Shown here: one piece after another, positions 40,452 through 55,858 of the stretch | How positions within the stretch are numbered: position 1 is the first letter of the stretch | Layout: the number at the start of each line of letters is the position of its first letter | DNA from: the human T2T-CHM13v2.0 reference genome, Homo sapiens | Assembly: GCF_009914755.1 (NCBI RefSeq) | Contig: NC_060929.1 | Reading direction: 5' to 3' (one strand) | DNA length: 64,000 nt | Translations under genes and position numbers: made by a program | The notes under the pieces: generated by a model | Told to the model about the DNA's origin: nothing | Seen by the model: the letters and a program-made list of their open reading frames with translations, nothing else | The model's database searches: none

Positions 40452-43400
40452 TTACACACTTCCAGAGTCCAATCTGTAACAGGATAATGTGAAGTGGTAG
40501 AGTATTATACAATAAGAAATGTTGTAAACTGGGGTAAACTAGAGCATGCATGCACAGCAAAAGAGGAATAATGCATTAAAAATATAACACCAGAGGGGGC
40601 AGAGCAAGATGGATGAATACAAGCTTCCACTGATCTTCCTCCACAGAAACACCAAATCTAACAACTACCTACACACAAAAAAAAGCACCTTCATAAGAAC
40701 CCAAAATCAGGTAAGTGATTACAGAACTTGGTTTTAATTTCATATCATTGGAAGAGGCACTGAAGAGGGTAAAATGACAGACATGTATTGCCAGTATCAC
40801 TCCTACATGATCCTCCAGCAGTGGCCACATGGCACAGAGAATCCATGGCCTTGGGGTAAGGAAAGCAATGATTGTGGGACTTTGCATTGAAACAGTGCTG
40901 TCCTGTCACAGCAGGAAGCAACACTAGGCAGAACTTAGCTGATACCAACAGAGAGAGGATTTAGACCAGCCCTAGCCAGAAGGGAATCATCCATTCCAGC
41001 AGATGGAACTTGAGTTTCAGCAGGCCTTGCCACCACAGGGTAAAGTGCTCTGCAGTTTGAAATAAACTTGAAAGGCAGTTTAGTCCACAAAGACTGCAAC
41101 TCCTAGACAAGTTCTAGTGCCATGCCGGGCTTAGAGCCAGTGGACTTAGGGGCCATGTGACCTAGTAAGACACCAGCCAGGGCAGCCAAAGGAGTACTTG
41201 TACCACCCATCCCCTAAATCCAGGAAGCACAGCTCACAGCTCTGAAAGAGACTCCTTCCTTCCACTCGAGGAGAGGAGAGGGAAGAGTTAAGATGGCCTT
41301 GTCTTGCAATGTGGATAGCAACATAGCCACAGTAGAATAGGGCACTGGGCAGAGTCCTGAGGCACCCATTCCAGACCCCAGCACCCAGAAGACATTTCTA
41401 GACCTACCTTGGTCCAGAAGAGAACCTGCTCATTTAAAAAGAATGACCCAGTCCTGGCAGGATTCATCACCTGCTGACTAAAGAGCCCTTGGCCTCTGAA
41501 TAATCAGCAGTGGTTGATAGGTAGTACATGCCATGGGCCTTAGGTGAGATTCTGAGACATGCTAGTTCAGGTGTGACCCAGCACATTCCCAGCTGTGGTA
41601 GCTATGGGGAGAGACACATTCTGTTTGAGAAAAGCAGAGGGAAGAGTAAGGGAACTTTGTATTGCAGCTTAGGTACCAGCTTGGCCACAATAGGGTGGAG
41701 CATCTAGTGGGGTCTTGGGATCTCTGATTCCAGGCCTTAGCTCTTGGATGGCATTCCTGGACTTGCCCTGGTCCAGATGGGTGTCCACTGCCCTGAAGTA
41801 TGGGTCCAGGCCAGGCAGCATTCACCACAAGCTCACCAAGGAGCCCTTGGGTGTTGAGTAGACATTGGAGGTAGCCTGGCAGTACTCCTTTCAGGCCTTT
41901 GGTAGTGGTGGCCACAGGAAGAGATGCCTCTGCTTATGAAAAGGGGAGAGAAGAGTAGGAAGGGCATTGTCTTGTGGATTTGGTGCTATCTCAGCTGCAG
42001 TAGAATAGAGCACCAGGTAAATTCCTCAGGTTTCCAACTCCAGGCCCTGGGTCCCGGACAGCATCTCTGGACCTGCCTTGGGCCACTAGGAACTCACTGC
42101 TCAGAAAGGAGGGACACAAGCCTGGCTGCTATCACCACCTGCTGATTGTAGAGACCTAGGGCCTTGAGTGAACATAGGTGGTAGCCAGGTAGTGGTTACA
42201 ATGGGCCTTGGGCAAGACCCAGTGCTATGCTAGCTTTAGGTCTGATTCAGTGCAGTCTCAGTGGTGGTGGCCATGGGAGTGCTCATGTCAACCCCCCCCC
42301 AGATCCAGGTAGCTCAGCACAAAGAGAGAGAGTTCATTCGTTTGTGAGAAATTAAGGGGAGGGAACAAGAGTTTCTGCCTGGTAATCCAGAGAATTCTTG
42401 CAGATCTTATCTAGGATCACACGGGCAGTACCTCTATGAGTCTGCAAGAGCCACAATGTTACTGGACAAGGGATGCTCTCTAATAAAGATATGGCTGCAG
42501 TGACCAAACACAGATCACAACACCCAAGTCCCTTCTAATACCTCAAAAGTATTCCCAAGAAAGAATGGTACAGACAAGCCCAGACTGTGAAGACTAGAAT
42601 AAATACTTAACTTTTGAATGCTCACACACTGATGAACATCCACAAGCATCAAGATCATCTAGGTATAACATGACCTCATCAAAAAAACTAAGCCACCAGG
42701 AGCGAATCCCAGAAAGACAGAGATATGTGACCTCTCAGACATAAAATTCAAAAATAGCTGTTTGGATGAAACTCAATAAAATGAAAGAGAAGGAATTCAG
42801 AATCTTATCAGATTAATAAAGAGACTGAAATAATTAAAAAGAATCAAGCAGAAACTCTGGAGTTGAATCATGCAATTGACATATTGAAGAATGCATCAGA
42901 GTATTTTAAAAACAGAATTAATCAAGCAGAAGAAAGAATTAGTAAGCTCATAGACAGGCTATTCGAAAATACAGTCAGTGGAGACAAAGAATAAAAAAGA
43001 ATGACACACATCTACAAAATCTAATAAATAGCCTCAAATGGGCAAATTGAAGAGTTATAGACCTAAAGAGGAGATAGAGAGAGAGCTAGGAGTAGAAAGT
43101 TTATTTAAAGGGGTAATAACAGAGAACTTCCCAAACCTAGAAAAAGAGCAGATTTAACCGAAAGAAGACTGCCTCAAAACATTTAAGAATCAAATTCCCA
43201 AAGGTCAAGGATAAAGAAAGGACTCTAAAAGCAGCAAGAGAAAAGAAACAAATAACATATAATGGAGGTCCAATACATCTGGCAGCAGACTTCTCAATGG
43301 AAAACTTGTAGGTCATGATAGAGTAACATGACATACTTAAAGTGTGGAAGAAAAAAATACTTTTATTCTAGAACAGAATACCTGTAGAAAATATCCTTCA

Positions 43401-43563
43401 ACCATGAAAGAGAAATAAAAACTTTCTCAGACAAACAAAAGCTGAGGGATCTCATCAACACCAGACCTGTCCTATAAGAAATGCTAAAGAGAGTTCTTTA
43501 AGCTGAAAGAAATGGATGCTAACAAGCAATAAGAAATTTTCTGAAGGTATAAAACTCACTGGT

Positions 43564-43827
43564 GGCCAGGCTCTGTGACTCATGTCTGTAATCCCAGCAT
43601 TTTGGGAGAAGAAGACAGGAGAATTGCTTGAGCCCAGGATTTCAAGAACAGCTGGGCAACATGGCAAAACCTAATCTCTACACAAATTAAAAAATCAGGT
43701 GGGTTTCGTAATGCATGCCTGTAGTCACAACTATATAAGAGACTGAGGCAGGAAGAGCTCCTGAATTCAGGACATTGGCCTGAGTAATAGAGCAAGATCA
43801 TGTCTTAAGAAAATAAAAATAAAGAGA
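43564..43827 (+). mobile_element. AluJ nested in L1
   Basis: Diverged Alu with TSD ataaaactcactggt (43549-43563) / ataaaactcgctggt (43828-43842). Confidence 0.92.
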
Positions 43828-45157
43828 ATAAAACTCGCTGGTAATAGTAAGTACACAGAAAAACAAAGACAACTATAACACTGTAATTGTGGTGTGTAAA
43901 CTGCTCATATGTTAAGCAGAAAGACTAAAAGATGAACTGATCAAAAATAATAACTATAACAACTTTTTAAGACACAGTACAATAAGACATAAATAGAAGC
44001 AAAAGTTAAAAAGCAGGGGGACAATGTTAAAAGTAGAGTTTCTATTTGTTTTCTCTTTGCTTATTTGTTAGTTTGTTTATACAATTAGTGTTAACTTGTC
44101 ATCAGTTAAAATAGTGGATTACCAGGTATTATTTACAAACTCCATGGTAACCTCAAATCAAAAAACATCCAATGAACACACACAAAAAAATAAAAAGCAA
44201 GAAATGAAAACATACAACTAGAGAAAATTATCTTCACTAAAAGAAAGACAAGAAGGCAGAAAAGAAAGAAGAGAGGACCACAAAACAACCAAAAAGCAAA
44301 TAACAAAATAACAGGAATAAGTCCTTACTTATCAATAATAACATTGGATATAAATGGACTAAACTCTCCGATCAAAAGACTCAGAGTGGCTGACTGGATA
44401 AAATAAAATAAAAAAAAAAAAGCAAGACCCAATAATGTTCCCTATAAGAAACACACTTCAACTATGAAGACACAAATAGATTTAAAATAAAGGGATGGAA
44501 AAAGATATTCCCTGCAAATGGAAATTTAAAATCACAGCCGGAGTAGCTTTACTTATATCAGACAAAACAGATTTCAAGATACAAATTATAAAAAAGGCAA
44601 CGAAGGTCATTATATAATAATAAAGGGGTAAATTCAGCAAGAGGGCCTAACAATTTTAAATATATATGCACCCAACACTGGAGCACCCAGATATGTAAAG
44701 CAAATATTATTAAGTTAAACAGAGTGAGATAGACCCTAATACAACAATAGCTGGAGACTTCAACACCTCACTTTTTTTTTTTGGACAGATTATCCAGAAA
44801 AAATTCCACAAAGAAATATCAGGCTTAATCTGCACTATAGACCAAATTGGCCTCATAAATATTTATAAAACGTTTCATCCAGTGGCTCAGAATACACATT
44901 CTCCTCAGCACACGGATTATTCACAAAGATAAGCCATATGTTAAGTCACAAAACAAGTCTTAAAATATTCAAAAAAAGCTGAAATAATATCAAGTATCTT
45001 TTCTGACCACAATGTAATAAAGATAGACATCAATAGCAAGAAAAATTTTGGAAACTATAAAAATACACGGAAATTAAACAATATACTTATAAATCACTAG
45101 CGAGCCAATGATGAAATTATGAAGGGAATTTTAAAAATTCTTCAAAAATGATAATGT

Positions 45158-45515
<358 letters not shown>

Positions 45516-47020
45516 CTAAGAGGGCAGTTTATAGCTATAAGTACCTACATCCAAAAAGTAGAAAAATTTCAAATAAACCACAGAGCAGAAATAAATAAAA
45601 TTGAAATGAAGAAAACAATACAAAATGTCAATGAAACAAAGCATTACTTTTTTGAAAAGATAAACAAAATCAACAAACCTTCAGCTAGACTAAGAAACAA
45701 AGAGAGAAGACCCAAATAAATAAAATCAGAGATAACAAAGCAGACATTTCAACTGATATTGCAGAAATTCAAAGACTCATTAGAGACTACTATGAACAAT
45801 TATATGACAATAAATTGGAAAACCTAGAAGAAATGGATATGTCCCTAGATACATGTAACCTACCAAGATTGAACCATGAAGAAATCCAAAACCCGAATAG
45901 AACAATAACAAGTAATGAGAGTGAATCTGTAATAAAAATTCTCCCAGCAAAGAAAAGCCCAGGACCTGATGGCCTCACTGCTGAGTTTTATCAACCACTT
46001 AAAAAGCAACTAATACTATTCTACTCAAACTATTCCAAAAAATAGAGGAGGAGAAAACACTTCCCAAACGATTTTATGAAGCCAGTTTAACCTTGATACC
46101 AAAACCAGACACAGAAACCTAAAAAAAAAAAAAAAAAAAAAAACTATAGGCCAATATCTCTGATTAACATTGATGCAACAGAATGAAGGACAAAAACCAT
46201 GTGATTATTTCAATTGATACTGAAAAAGCATTTGATAAAATTCACCATCCTTTCATGATAAAAATTCTCAAAAAACTGAGGATGGAAGGAACACACTTCA
46301 CAATAAAAGTCATATATGACAGACCCACAATATCACATTAAATGGGGAAAAACTGAAAATCTTTCCTCTAAGGTCTGGAACATGACTAGGATGCTCACTT
46401 TCACCACTGTTATTCAATATAGGACTGGAAGTCCCAGCTAGAGCAATCAGAAAAGAGAAAGAAAGAAAGGGCACCCATATTGGAAAGGAAGAAGTCAAAT
46501 TCTCCATGTTTGCAGATTACATAATCTTATATTTGGAAAAATCTAAAGACTCTACCAACAAACTATTAGGATGATAAACAAATTGAGTAAAGTTGCAGGA
46601 TACAAAATCAAGACACAAAAATTATAGCATTTCTATATGCCAGCAGTGAACAATCTGAAAAAAAAATCAGGAAAATAATCCCATTTATTATAGCTACAAT
46701 TATAGTGAAATATCAAGGAATTAACCAAAGAAGTTAAAAATCTCTATAATGAAAATTATAAAACATTAATGCAAGAAATTGAAGATGACACACACAAAAA
46801 ATGGAAAGATGTTCCTTGTTCATGGATTGGAATAATTCTGTAAAATGTCCATACTACCTAAAGCAATCTACAGATTCAATGCAGTCCCTACCAAAACACC
46901 AATGACATTCTTCACAGAAATAGAAAACACAATTCTTGTATTTATATGGAACTATGAAAGACCCACAATATCCAAAGCTATCCTGATCAAAAAGAACAAA
47001 ACTGGAGGAATCATATTACT

Positions 47021-48300
47021 TGGGTATTTTCACCAGAGAGATTAAAACTATAAGAAAAAAATCCAATGGAAACTATAGAAATGGAAAATACCATAATGTC
47101 TTTGACAGTCTCATAGACCTGAGACTGTGGAAGAAAAAAATAGAAGTTGAAGATAGAACAATTGAAGCTATCCAAACTAAAATACAATGAAAAATAGAGA
47201 GTGGAAAAAAAAGCATAACAGAGCATTAAAGAGCTGTGGAACAAGATCAAGTGGTTTAACATATGAATGATTAAAATCCCAGAAATATAGGAAAGAAAGA
47301 TTGGGGAAGAAAAAATATTTGAAATAGTCATGGCCAATAATTTTTTAAACTGATGACAGAATCTCTCCTCATCCTGACAAACACTCACACAAATCCAAGA
47401 AATTCAAGTTTACCAAGCACGATAAATGCCCCAAAGAACACCTACGATATTATAATTAAACTGCAGGGGAAAATCTTGAAGGCAGCTAGAAAGAAAAGAC
47501 ACATTACATATAGATAAGAATTACAGCAGACTTTATGTCAAAAATCTTACAAGCTAAAAAAATGGAGTTACAATATTTAAAGTGTTGAAAAGAAAACAAA
47601 AATAACCATCAAACCAGAATTACAAACCCAGAGAAAATATCTTTCAAAATGAAAGAAAAATACAGAATTTATCAGCCAAACAAAATGGAAGGAATTCATT
47701 GCCAGCGCACCTACTCTACAGGAAGTGTCAAAGAAAATTTCTCAAACAGAAGGAATATGATATCAGACAGAAACTCGGATCTACACACAAAAGTACAGAG
47801 TCCTGAAAATAAAGAAAGGTAAAATAATTTTCTCATTTCAAATTGTTCAAAAATTACTGACTTTTTAAAGGTAAAAAATAGTACTAATGTATTGTGTATT
47901 TATAGAAAATGGAAAAGTGATAATGAATGAACAACAAGAAAATTAGGAATAGATTGCTGAAAAGTGTCTAAACTATATGTGACATTTAGATTAAATAATA
48001 AAATGCATATTGTAAAGACTAGGGCAATCAGCAATAAAATAAAAAGAAAAAAGAGATGTGAGTGAGAAATCAATAGAGAAGATTAAATAGGAGCATAAAC
48101 TGTTCAACTAACACAAAAGGATGCAGAAAAAGTAGAAGAAAGTTGAAGCAAATAGAAAACAGCTAATTCAAAATGGTTGATTTTTAACTCAACCATATTA
48201 GTAACCACCTTAATACAAATAGTCTAAATGAAACAAAAGGCAAGTTTAAAAACAAAAGGTGGTTGAAAATCATTTAAAAGACAAATATTATCAGATTATG
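47021..48300 (+). mobile_element. Older L1M (ORF1 and inter-ORF region), left part of the host of the nest
   Basis: ORF1-like 'gagctgtggaacaagatcaagtggtttaacata', 'aaaatcttgaaggcagctaga' and 'ttacagcagacttt'. It continues at 63618. Confidence 0.75.
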
Positions 48301-48669
48301 TTTTTAAATTTTTTTTATTTCCTTGGTTTTTGGGAAACAAGTGGTGTTTGGTTACATGAATAAGTTCTTTAATGGTGATTTCTGAGATTTTGTTGCACCC
48401 ATTGCCCAAGCAGTACTACACTGTACCCAATGTGTAGTCTTTTATGCCTTGCCACCCCTGACCTTTTACCCTTAAGTCCCCAGAGTATCAAATGTATCAT
48501 TCTTATGCTTTTGCATCCTCATAGCTTAGCTCCCACATTTGAGTGAGAAAATATCATGTTTGGTTTTCCATTCCTGAGTTACTTCACTTGGAATAATAGT
48601 TCCCAATTCCATCCAGGTTGCTGCAAATGCCATTATTTCTTTTCTTTATATGGCTGAGTAGTATTCCAT

Positions 48670-48670
<1 letters not shown>

Positions 48671-48703
<33 letters not shown>

Positions 48704-48913
48704 ATACCTATGTATTAAAAATAATATATATTAGATATATATCTATTACAGAAATAGAAAAATATATATCTAATATTTTTAATAGATATATATATCTATT
48801 ATTGTTTGATTTTTTGATTATGGCCATTCTTGCAGGAGTAAGGTGGTATTGCATCTTGGTTTTGATTTGCATTTCCCTGATAATTAGTGATGGCAAGCAT
48901 TTTATATATATAC

Positions 48914-48979
<66 letters not shown>

Positions 48980-49043
48980 CCCCCAATATATATATTGGTA
49001 TATATATGTGTGGTTTATATATTTTATATATATATAATGTGGC

Positions 49044-49088
<45 letters not shown>
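48671..49088. repeat. Complex (GT)n/(TA)n/(CA)n microsatellite with inverted repeats and an embedded duplication
   Basis: Seen directly; see findings. Confidence 0.9.
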
Positions 49089-50143
49089 CCACATTTTCTT
49101 TATCCACTCATTGATTGATGGGCATTTGAGCTGGTTCCAAATTTTTGCAATTGCAAATTGTGCTGCTGTAAACATGCAAGTGAAAATATCTCTTGTGTAC
49201 AATGACTTATTTTCCTCTGGGTAGATACCTAGTAATGAGATTACTGGATCAAACGGTAGTCCTACTTTTAGTTCTTTAAGTAATCTCCACACTGTTTTCT
49301 ATAGTGGTTGTACTAGTTTACATTCCCACCAACAGTGTAAAAGTGCTCCCTTTCACCACATCCCCACCAACATCTATTATTTTTTGATTTTTTGATTATG
49401 GCCATTCTCTGCAGGAGTAAGGTGGTATTGCATCATGGTTTTGATTTGCATTTCCCTGATAATTAGTGATGTCAAGCATTTTTTCATATATTGTTGGCTA
49501 TTTGTATGCCTTCTTTTGAGAATTGTGTAGTCATATCCTTAGCCCAGTTTTTGATAGGGTTTTATTTTTTCTTGCTGATTTGTTTGAGATCTTTGTAGAT
49601 TCTGAATATTAGTCCTCGTCAGAGGTTCAAATTATGAAGATTTTCTCCCATTCTGTGGGTTGTCTGTTCACTCTGCTGACTATTTCTTTTGCTGTACAGA
49701 AGCTTTTTAGTTTAAGTCCCATCTATTTATCTTTGTTTTTGTTGCACTTGCTTTTGGGTTCTGGGTCATAAAGTCTTTGTCTAAGCTAATGTCTAGAACG
49801 GATTTTCCAATGTTATCTTCTAGAATCTTTATGGCTTCAGGTCTTAGGTTTAAATCTTAGATCAATCTTAGTTGATTTTTTTTATAAGGTGAGAGATGAA
49901 GATCCAGTTTCATTCTTCTACATATGGCTTGCCAGTTATCCAAGCACTATTTGTTGAATAGGGTGTCCTTTTCCCACTTTATGTTTTTGTTTACTTTTTC
50001 AAAGAAAATGTTGCTGTAAGTATTTGGCTTTATTTCTGGGTTATCTATTCTGTTCCATTGATCTATATACGTATTTTTATACCAGTATCATTCTGTTTTG
50101 GTGACTATGGCTTTACAGTATAGTTTGAAGTCAGGTAGTGTGA

Positions 50144-50571
<428 letters not shown>

Positions 50572-50771
50572 GATCACGGCATTTTGATGAGAATCACATT
50601 GAATTTGTAGACTGCTTTTGTCAGAATGGTCACTTTCACAATATTGATTCTACTCATCTATTAGCATGGGATATGTTTCCCTTTGTTTGTGTCATCTATG
50701 ATATCTGTCAGCAGTGTTTTGTAATTTTTCCTGTAGAGGTACTTCACATGCTTGGTTAGGTATATTCCTAA

Positions 50772-50798
50772 GTTGTTGTTGTTGTTGTTGTTGTTGTT
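50772..50798 (+). repeat. (GTT)n trinucleotide repeat
   Basis: Seen directly. Confidence 0.9.
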
Positions 50799-53700
50799 TT
50801 TCCAGCTATTGTGAAAGGGGTTGAGTTCTTAATTTGATTCTCAGCTTAGTCACTGTTGGTGTATAGAAGAGCTACTGATTTATATACATTAATTTTGTAT
50901 CCTGCAACTTTTCTGAATTCATTTACCAGTTCTAGGAGCTTTTTGGATGAGTCCTTAGGGTTTTTTAGGTACATAATCAAATCATCAGCAAACAGTGACA
51001 GTTCGACTTCCTCTTTATCGATTGGGATGCCCTTGATTTCTTTCTCTTGTCTGATTGCTCTGGCTAGCACTTCCAGCACTATACCAAATAAAAGTGGTGA
51101 AAGTGGACATCCTTGTCTTGTTCCAGTTCTCAGACAGAATCTTTCAACATTTCCCCATACGGTAGTATAATGTTGGCTTTGGATTTGTCATAGATGGCTT
51201 TTATTACCTTAAGGTATGTCCATTCTATGCCAATTTTCTTGAGAGTTTTCATCATAAAAGGATGCTGGGTTTTGTCAAATGCTTTTTCTGTGTCTATTGA
51301 GATGATCATGTGATTTTTGTTTCTAATTCTGTTTATGGGGGTTATCACATTTATTGACTTATATATGTTACACCATCCCTGCATCTCTGGTATGAAACCC
51401 ACTTGATCATGGTGGATTATCTTTTTAATATGCTGTTAGATTTTGTTGAGGATTTTTGCATCTATGCTCATTAGGGATGCTGATCTGTAGTTTTCTTTTT
51501 TTATGTCCTTCCCTGGTTTTGGTATTAGGATGATACTGGCTTCATAGAATGATTTAGGGAGGATCCCCTTTTTCTCTATCTTTTGGAATAGTGTCAATAG
51601 GATTAGTACCAATTCTTCTTTGAATTTCTGATAGAATTCAGCTGTGAATCCAGCTGGTTCTGAGTTTTTTTTTCTTGGCAATTTTTTATTACTATTTTAT
51701 TTCAATCTTGCTTCTTGTTATTCATCTGTTTAGAGAGTCTATATCTTCCTGGTTTAATCGAGGAGAGTTGTGTATTTCCAGGAATGTATCCATCTCCTCT
51801 AAATTTTCTAGTTTATGCACTTAAAGCTGTTCATAGTAACCTTGGAAAATCTGTTGTATCTCTGTGGTATCAGTTGTAATATTTCCCATTTCATTTCTAA
51901 TTGAGCTTATTTGGACCTTCTCTCTTCTTTTCTTGGTTAATCTTGCTAAAATCTCTCAGTTTTATTTATCTTCTCAACTAATTAGCTTTTTGCTTCATTT
52001 ATCATTTGTATTTTGTTTGTTGGTTGGTTTGTTTCAATTTTATTTAGTTTTGCTCTGATCTTTATTACTTCTTTTCTTCTTCTGGTTTGGGTTTGGTTTG
52101 TTCTTGTTTCTCCAGTTCCATGAGGCATGACCTTAGATTGTCTATTACTGTTCTTTCAGACTTTTTGATGTAGGCATTTAATGCTATGAACTTTTCTCTT
52201 AATACTGCTTTTGCTGTATCCTTGAGGTTTTGAAAGGTTGTGTTACTATTATTTTTCAGTTCAAAGAATTATTTAATTTCCATCTTGATTTCATTGTTGG
52301 CCCAATGATCATTCAGGAGCAAGTTATTCAATTTCCATGTATTTGCATGGTTTTGAGAGATCCTTTTGGAGTTGATTTACAGTTTTATTCCACTGTCATC
52401 TGAGAGAGTACTTGATATAATTTCGATTTTTATAAACTTACTGAGACTTGTTTTGTAGCCTATCATATGGTCTATCTTGGAGAATGTTCCATGTGCTGAT
52501 GAATAGAATGTAAATTCTGTAGCTTTTGGATAGAATGTTCTATAAATATCTGCTAAGTCCATTTGTTGTAGGGTGTAGTTTAGGTCCATTGTTTCCTTGT
52601 TGACTTTCTGTCTTGATGACCTGTCTAATGCTTTCAGTGGAGTATTAAAGTCCCCCATTATTATTGTGTTGCTGTCTAGTACTAATTGTTTTTCAAATTT
52701 GGGAGCTCCAGTGTTAGGTGCATATATATTTATAATTGTGATATTTTCCTGTTGGACTAGTCCTATTATCATTATATAATGTTCCTCTTTGTCTTTTTTA
52801 AACTTCTGTTGCTTTAAAGTTTGTTTTGTCTGATATTAAGAATAACTACTCCTGCTAGCTTTTGGTGTCCATTTGCATGAAATGTCTTTTTCCACCACTT
52901 TACCTTAATTTTCTGTGAGTCCTTATGTGTTAGGTTAGTCTCCCGAAGACAGCAGAAACTTTGTTGGTGAATTCTTACCCATTCTGCCATTCTGCATCTT
53001 TTAAGTGGAGCATTTAGGCCATTTACATTCAATGTTAATATTGAGATATGAGGTACTATTCTATTCATCATGCTATTTGTTGCCTGAATACCTTGTTTTT
53101 CTTTTCATTGTGTTATCGTCATATATGTCCCGTGAGATTTATGCTTTAAATGTATAGTTTGGTGTATTTCAAGGGCTTGTTTCAAGATTTAAAGCTCCTT
53201 TTAGCAGTTCTTGTAGTGCTGGCTTGGTAGTGGTGAATTCTCTCAGCAATTGTCTGGAAAAGTCCATATCTTTCCTTCATTTATGAGGCTTAGTTTTGCA
53301 GTATACAAAATTCTTGGTTGATAATTGTTTTGTTTAAAGAAGCTAAAAATAGGACTCCAATCCCTTCTAGATTGTAAGGTTTCTGCTGAGAATCTGCTGT
53401 TAATTTGATAGGATTTCTGATGCTTTTGCCTCACAGCTCTTAACATTCTTCATCTTTACTTTAGATAACCTGATAACTGTGTTCCTAGGCAATGATCTTT
53501 GTTTTAATTTTACTTTAAGTTCTGAGGTACATGTGCAGAACGTGCAGTTTTCTTACATAGGTATAATGAGACATGGTGGTTTGCTGCACCCATCAACCCG
53601 TCACCTGCATTAGGTATTTATCCTAATGCTATCCCTCCCCTAGCCCCCCACCCCCCAGCAGGCCACAGTGTGTGATGTTCCCCTCCCTGTGTCCATGTGT

Positions 53701-54727
53701 TCTCATTGTTAAACTCCCACTTATGAGTAAGAACATGTGATGTTTGGTTTTCTGTTCTTGTGATAGTTTGCTGAGAATAATAGTTTCCAGTTTCATCCAT
53801 GTCCCTGCAAAGGACATGAACTCATCCTTTTTTATGGCCGCATAGTATTCCATGATGTATATATACCACATTTTCTTTATCCAGTCTATCATTGATGGAC
53901 ATTTGGGTTGGTTCCAAGTCTTTGCTGTTGTGAACAGTGACTCAATAAACATATGTGTGCATGCCTATTTAGAGTAGAATGATTTATAATCCATTGTGTA
54001 TATACCCAGTAATGGGATTGCAGGGTCAACTGGTATTTCTAGTTCTAGATCCTTGAGGAATCACCACACTGTCTTCCACAATGGTTGAACTAATTTACAC
54101 TCCCATCAACAGTGTAAAAGCATTACTATTTCTCCACAGCCTCACCAGCATCTGTTGTTTCCTGACTTTTTAATGATCACTATTCTAACTGGCATGAGAT
54201 GGTATTTCACTGTGGTTTTGATTTGCATTTCTTTAATGACCAGTGATGATGTGCATTTTTTCATATGTTTGTTGGCTCCATAAATGTCTTCTTTTGGGAG
54301 ATGTCTGTTCATATCCTTCACCCATTTTTTGATGGGGTTATTTCTTTCCTTGTAAATGTGTTTAAGTTCTTTGTAGATTCTGGATACTAGCCCTTTGTCA
54401 GGTGAATAGATTCAAAAATTTTCTCCTATTCTGTAGGTTGCCTGATCACTCTTATTATAGTTTCTTTTGCTGTGCAGAAGCTCTTTAGTTTAATTAGGTC
54501 CCATTTGTAAATTTTGGCTTTTGTTGCCATTGCTTTTGGTGTTTTACATATGAAGTCTTTGCGCATGCCTATGTCCTGAATGGTATTGCCTTGGTTTCTT
54601 CTAGGATTTTTATGGTTTTAGGTCTTACATTTAAGTCTTTAATCCATCGTGAGTTGATTTTTGTATAAAGTGTAAGGAAGGGGTCCAGTTTCAGTTTTCT
54701 GCATATGGCTAGCCAGTTTTCCCAACA

Positions 54728-55576
54728 TCATTTATTAAATAGGGAATCTTTTCCCCATTGCTTGTTTGTGTCAGGTTTGTCAAAGATCAGATGGTTGTAG
54801 ATGTGTGATGTTATTTCTGAGGGCTCTGTTCTGTTCCATTGGTCTGCATATCTGTTTTGGTACCAGTACCATGCTGTTTTGGTTACTGTAGCCTTGTAAT
54901 ATAGTTTGAAGTCAGGTAGCATGATGCCTCCAGCTTTGTTCTTTTTGCTTAATATTGTCTTGGCTATGTGGGCTCTTTTTTGGTTCCATATGAAGTTTAA
55001 AGTAGTTTTCTCCAATTCTGTGAAGAAAGTCAGTGGTAGCTTGATGGGGATCACATTGAGTCTATAAATTACTTTTGGCAGTATGGCCATTTTCACGATA
55101 TTGATTCTTCCTATCCAAAAGCATGGAATGTTTTCCCATTTGTTTGTGTCCTCTCTTATTTCCTTGAGAAGTGGTTTATAGTTCTCCTTGAAGAGGTCCT
55201 TCACATCCTTTGTAAGCTGTATTACTAGGTATTTTATTCTCTTAGTAGCAATTGTGAATGGGAATTCATTCATGATTTGGGTCTCTATTTGTGTGTTATT
55301 GGTGTATAGGAATGCTTGTGATTTTTGCATGTTGATTTTGTATCCTGAGACATTGCTGAAGTTGCTTATCACCTCAAGGAGAATTTGGGCTGAGACGATG
55401 AGGTATTCTAAATATACAATCATGTCATCTGCAAACAGAGACAAGTTGACTTCCTCTCTTCCTATTTGAATACCCTTTATTTCTTTCTCTTTCCTGATTG
55501 CCCTGGCCAGAACTTCCAACGCTATGTTGAATAGGAGTGGTGAGAGAGGGCGTCCTTGTCTTGTGCTGGTTTTCAA
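54728..55576 (-). pseudogene. L1 ORF2 reverse-transcriptase remnant (longest open stretch, 282 aa)
   Basis: [14 protein letters not shown] and LFADDMIVY (FADD catalytic motif). It is disrupted by stops, frameshifts and the LTR, so it is not functional. Confidence 0.93.
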
Positions 55577-55858
55577 AGGAATGCTTCCAGCTTTTGCCCA
55601 TTTAGTAAGATATTGGCTGTGGGTTTGTCATAAATAGCTGTTATTATTTTGAGATACATTCCATGGACACCTAGTTTATTAGAGTTTTAGCATGGAGGGG
55701 TGTTGAATTTTGTCTGAGGCTTTTTCTGCATCTATTGAGATAACCATGTGATTTTTGTCATTGGTTCTGTTTACGTGATGTATTACCTTTATTGATATGC
55801 ATATGTTGAACCAGCCTTGCATCCCACGGATGAAGCTGACTTGATCGTGGTGGATAAG

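Noticed and set aside
48673-49292. Long ORFs of 183 and 194 aa rich in Ile/Tyr
   Set aside because: They are stop-free (TA)n/(CA)n microsatellite plus L1 ORF2 tail sequence.
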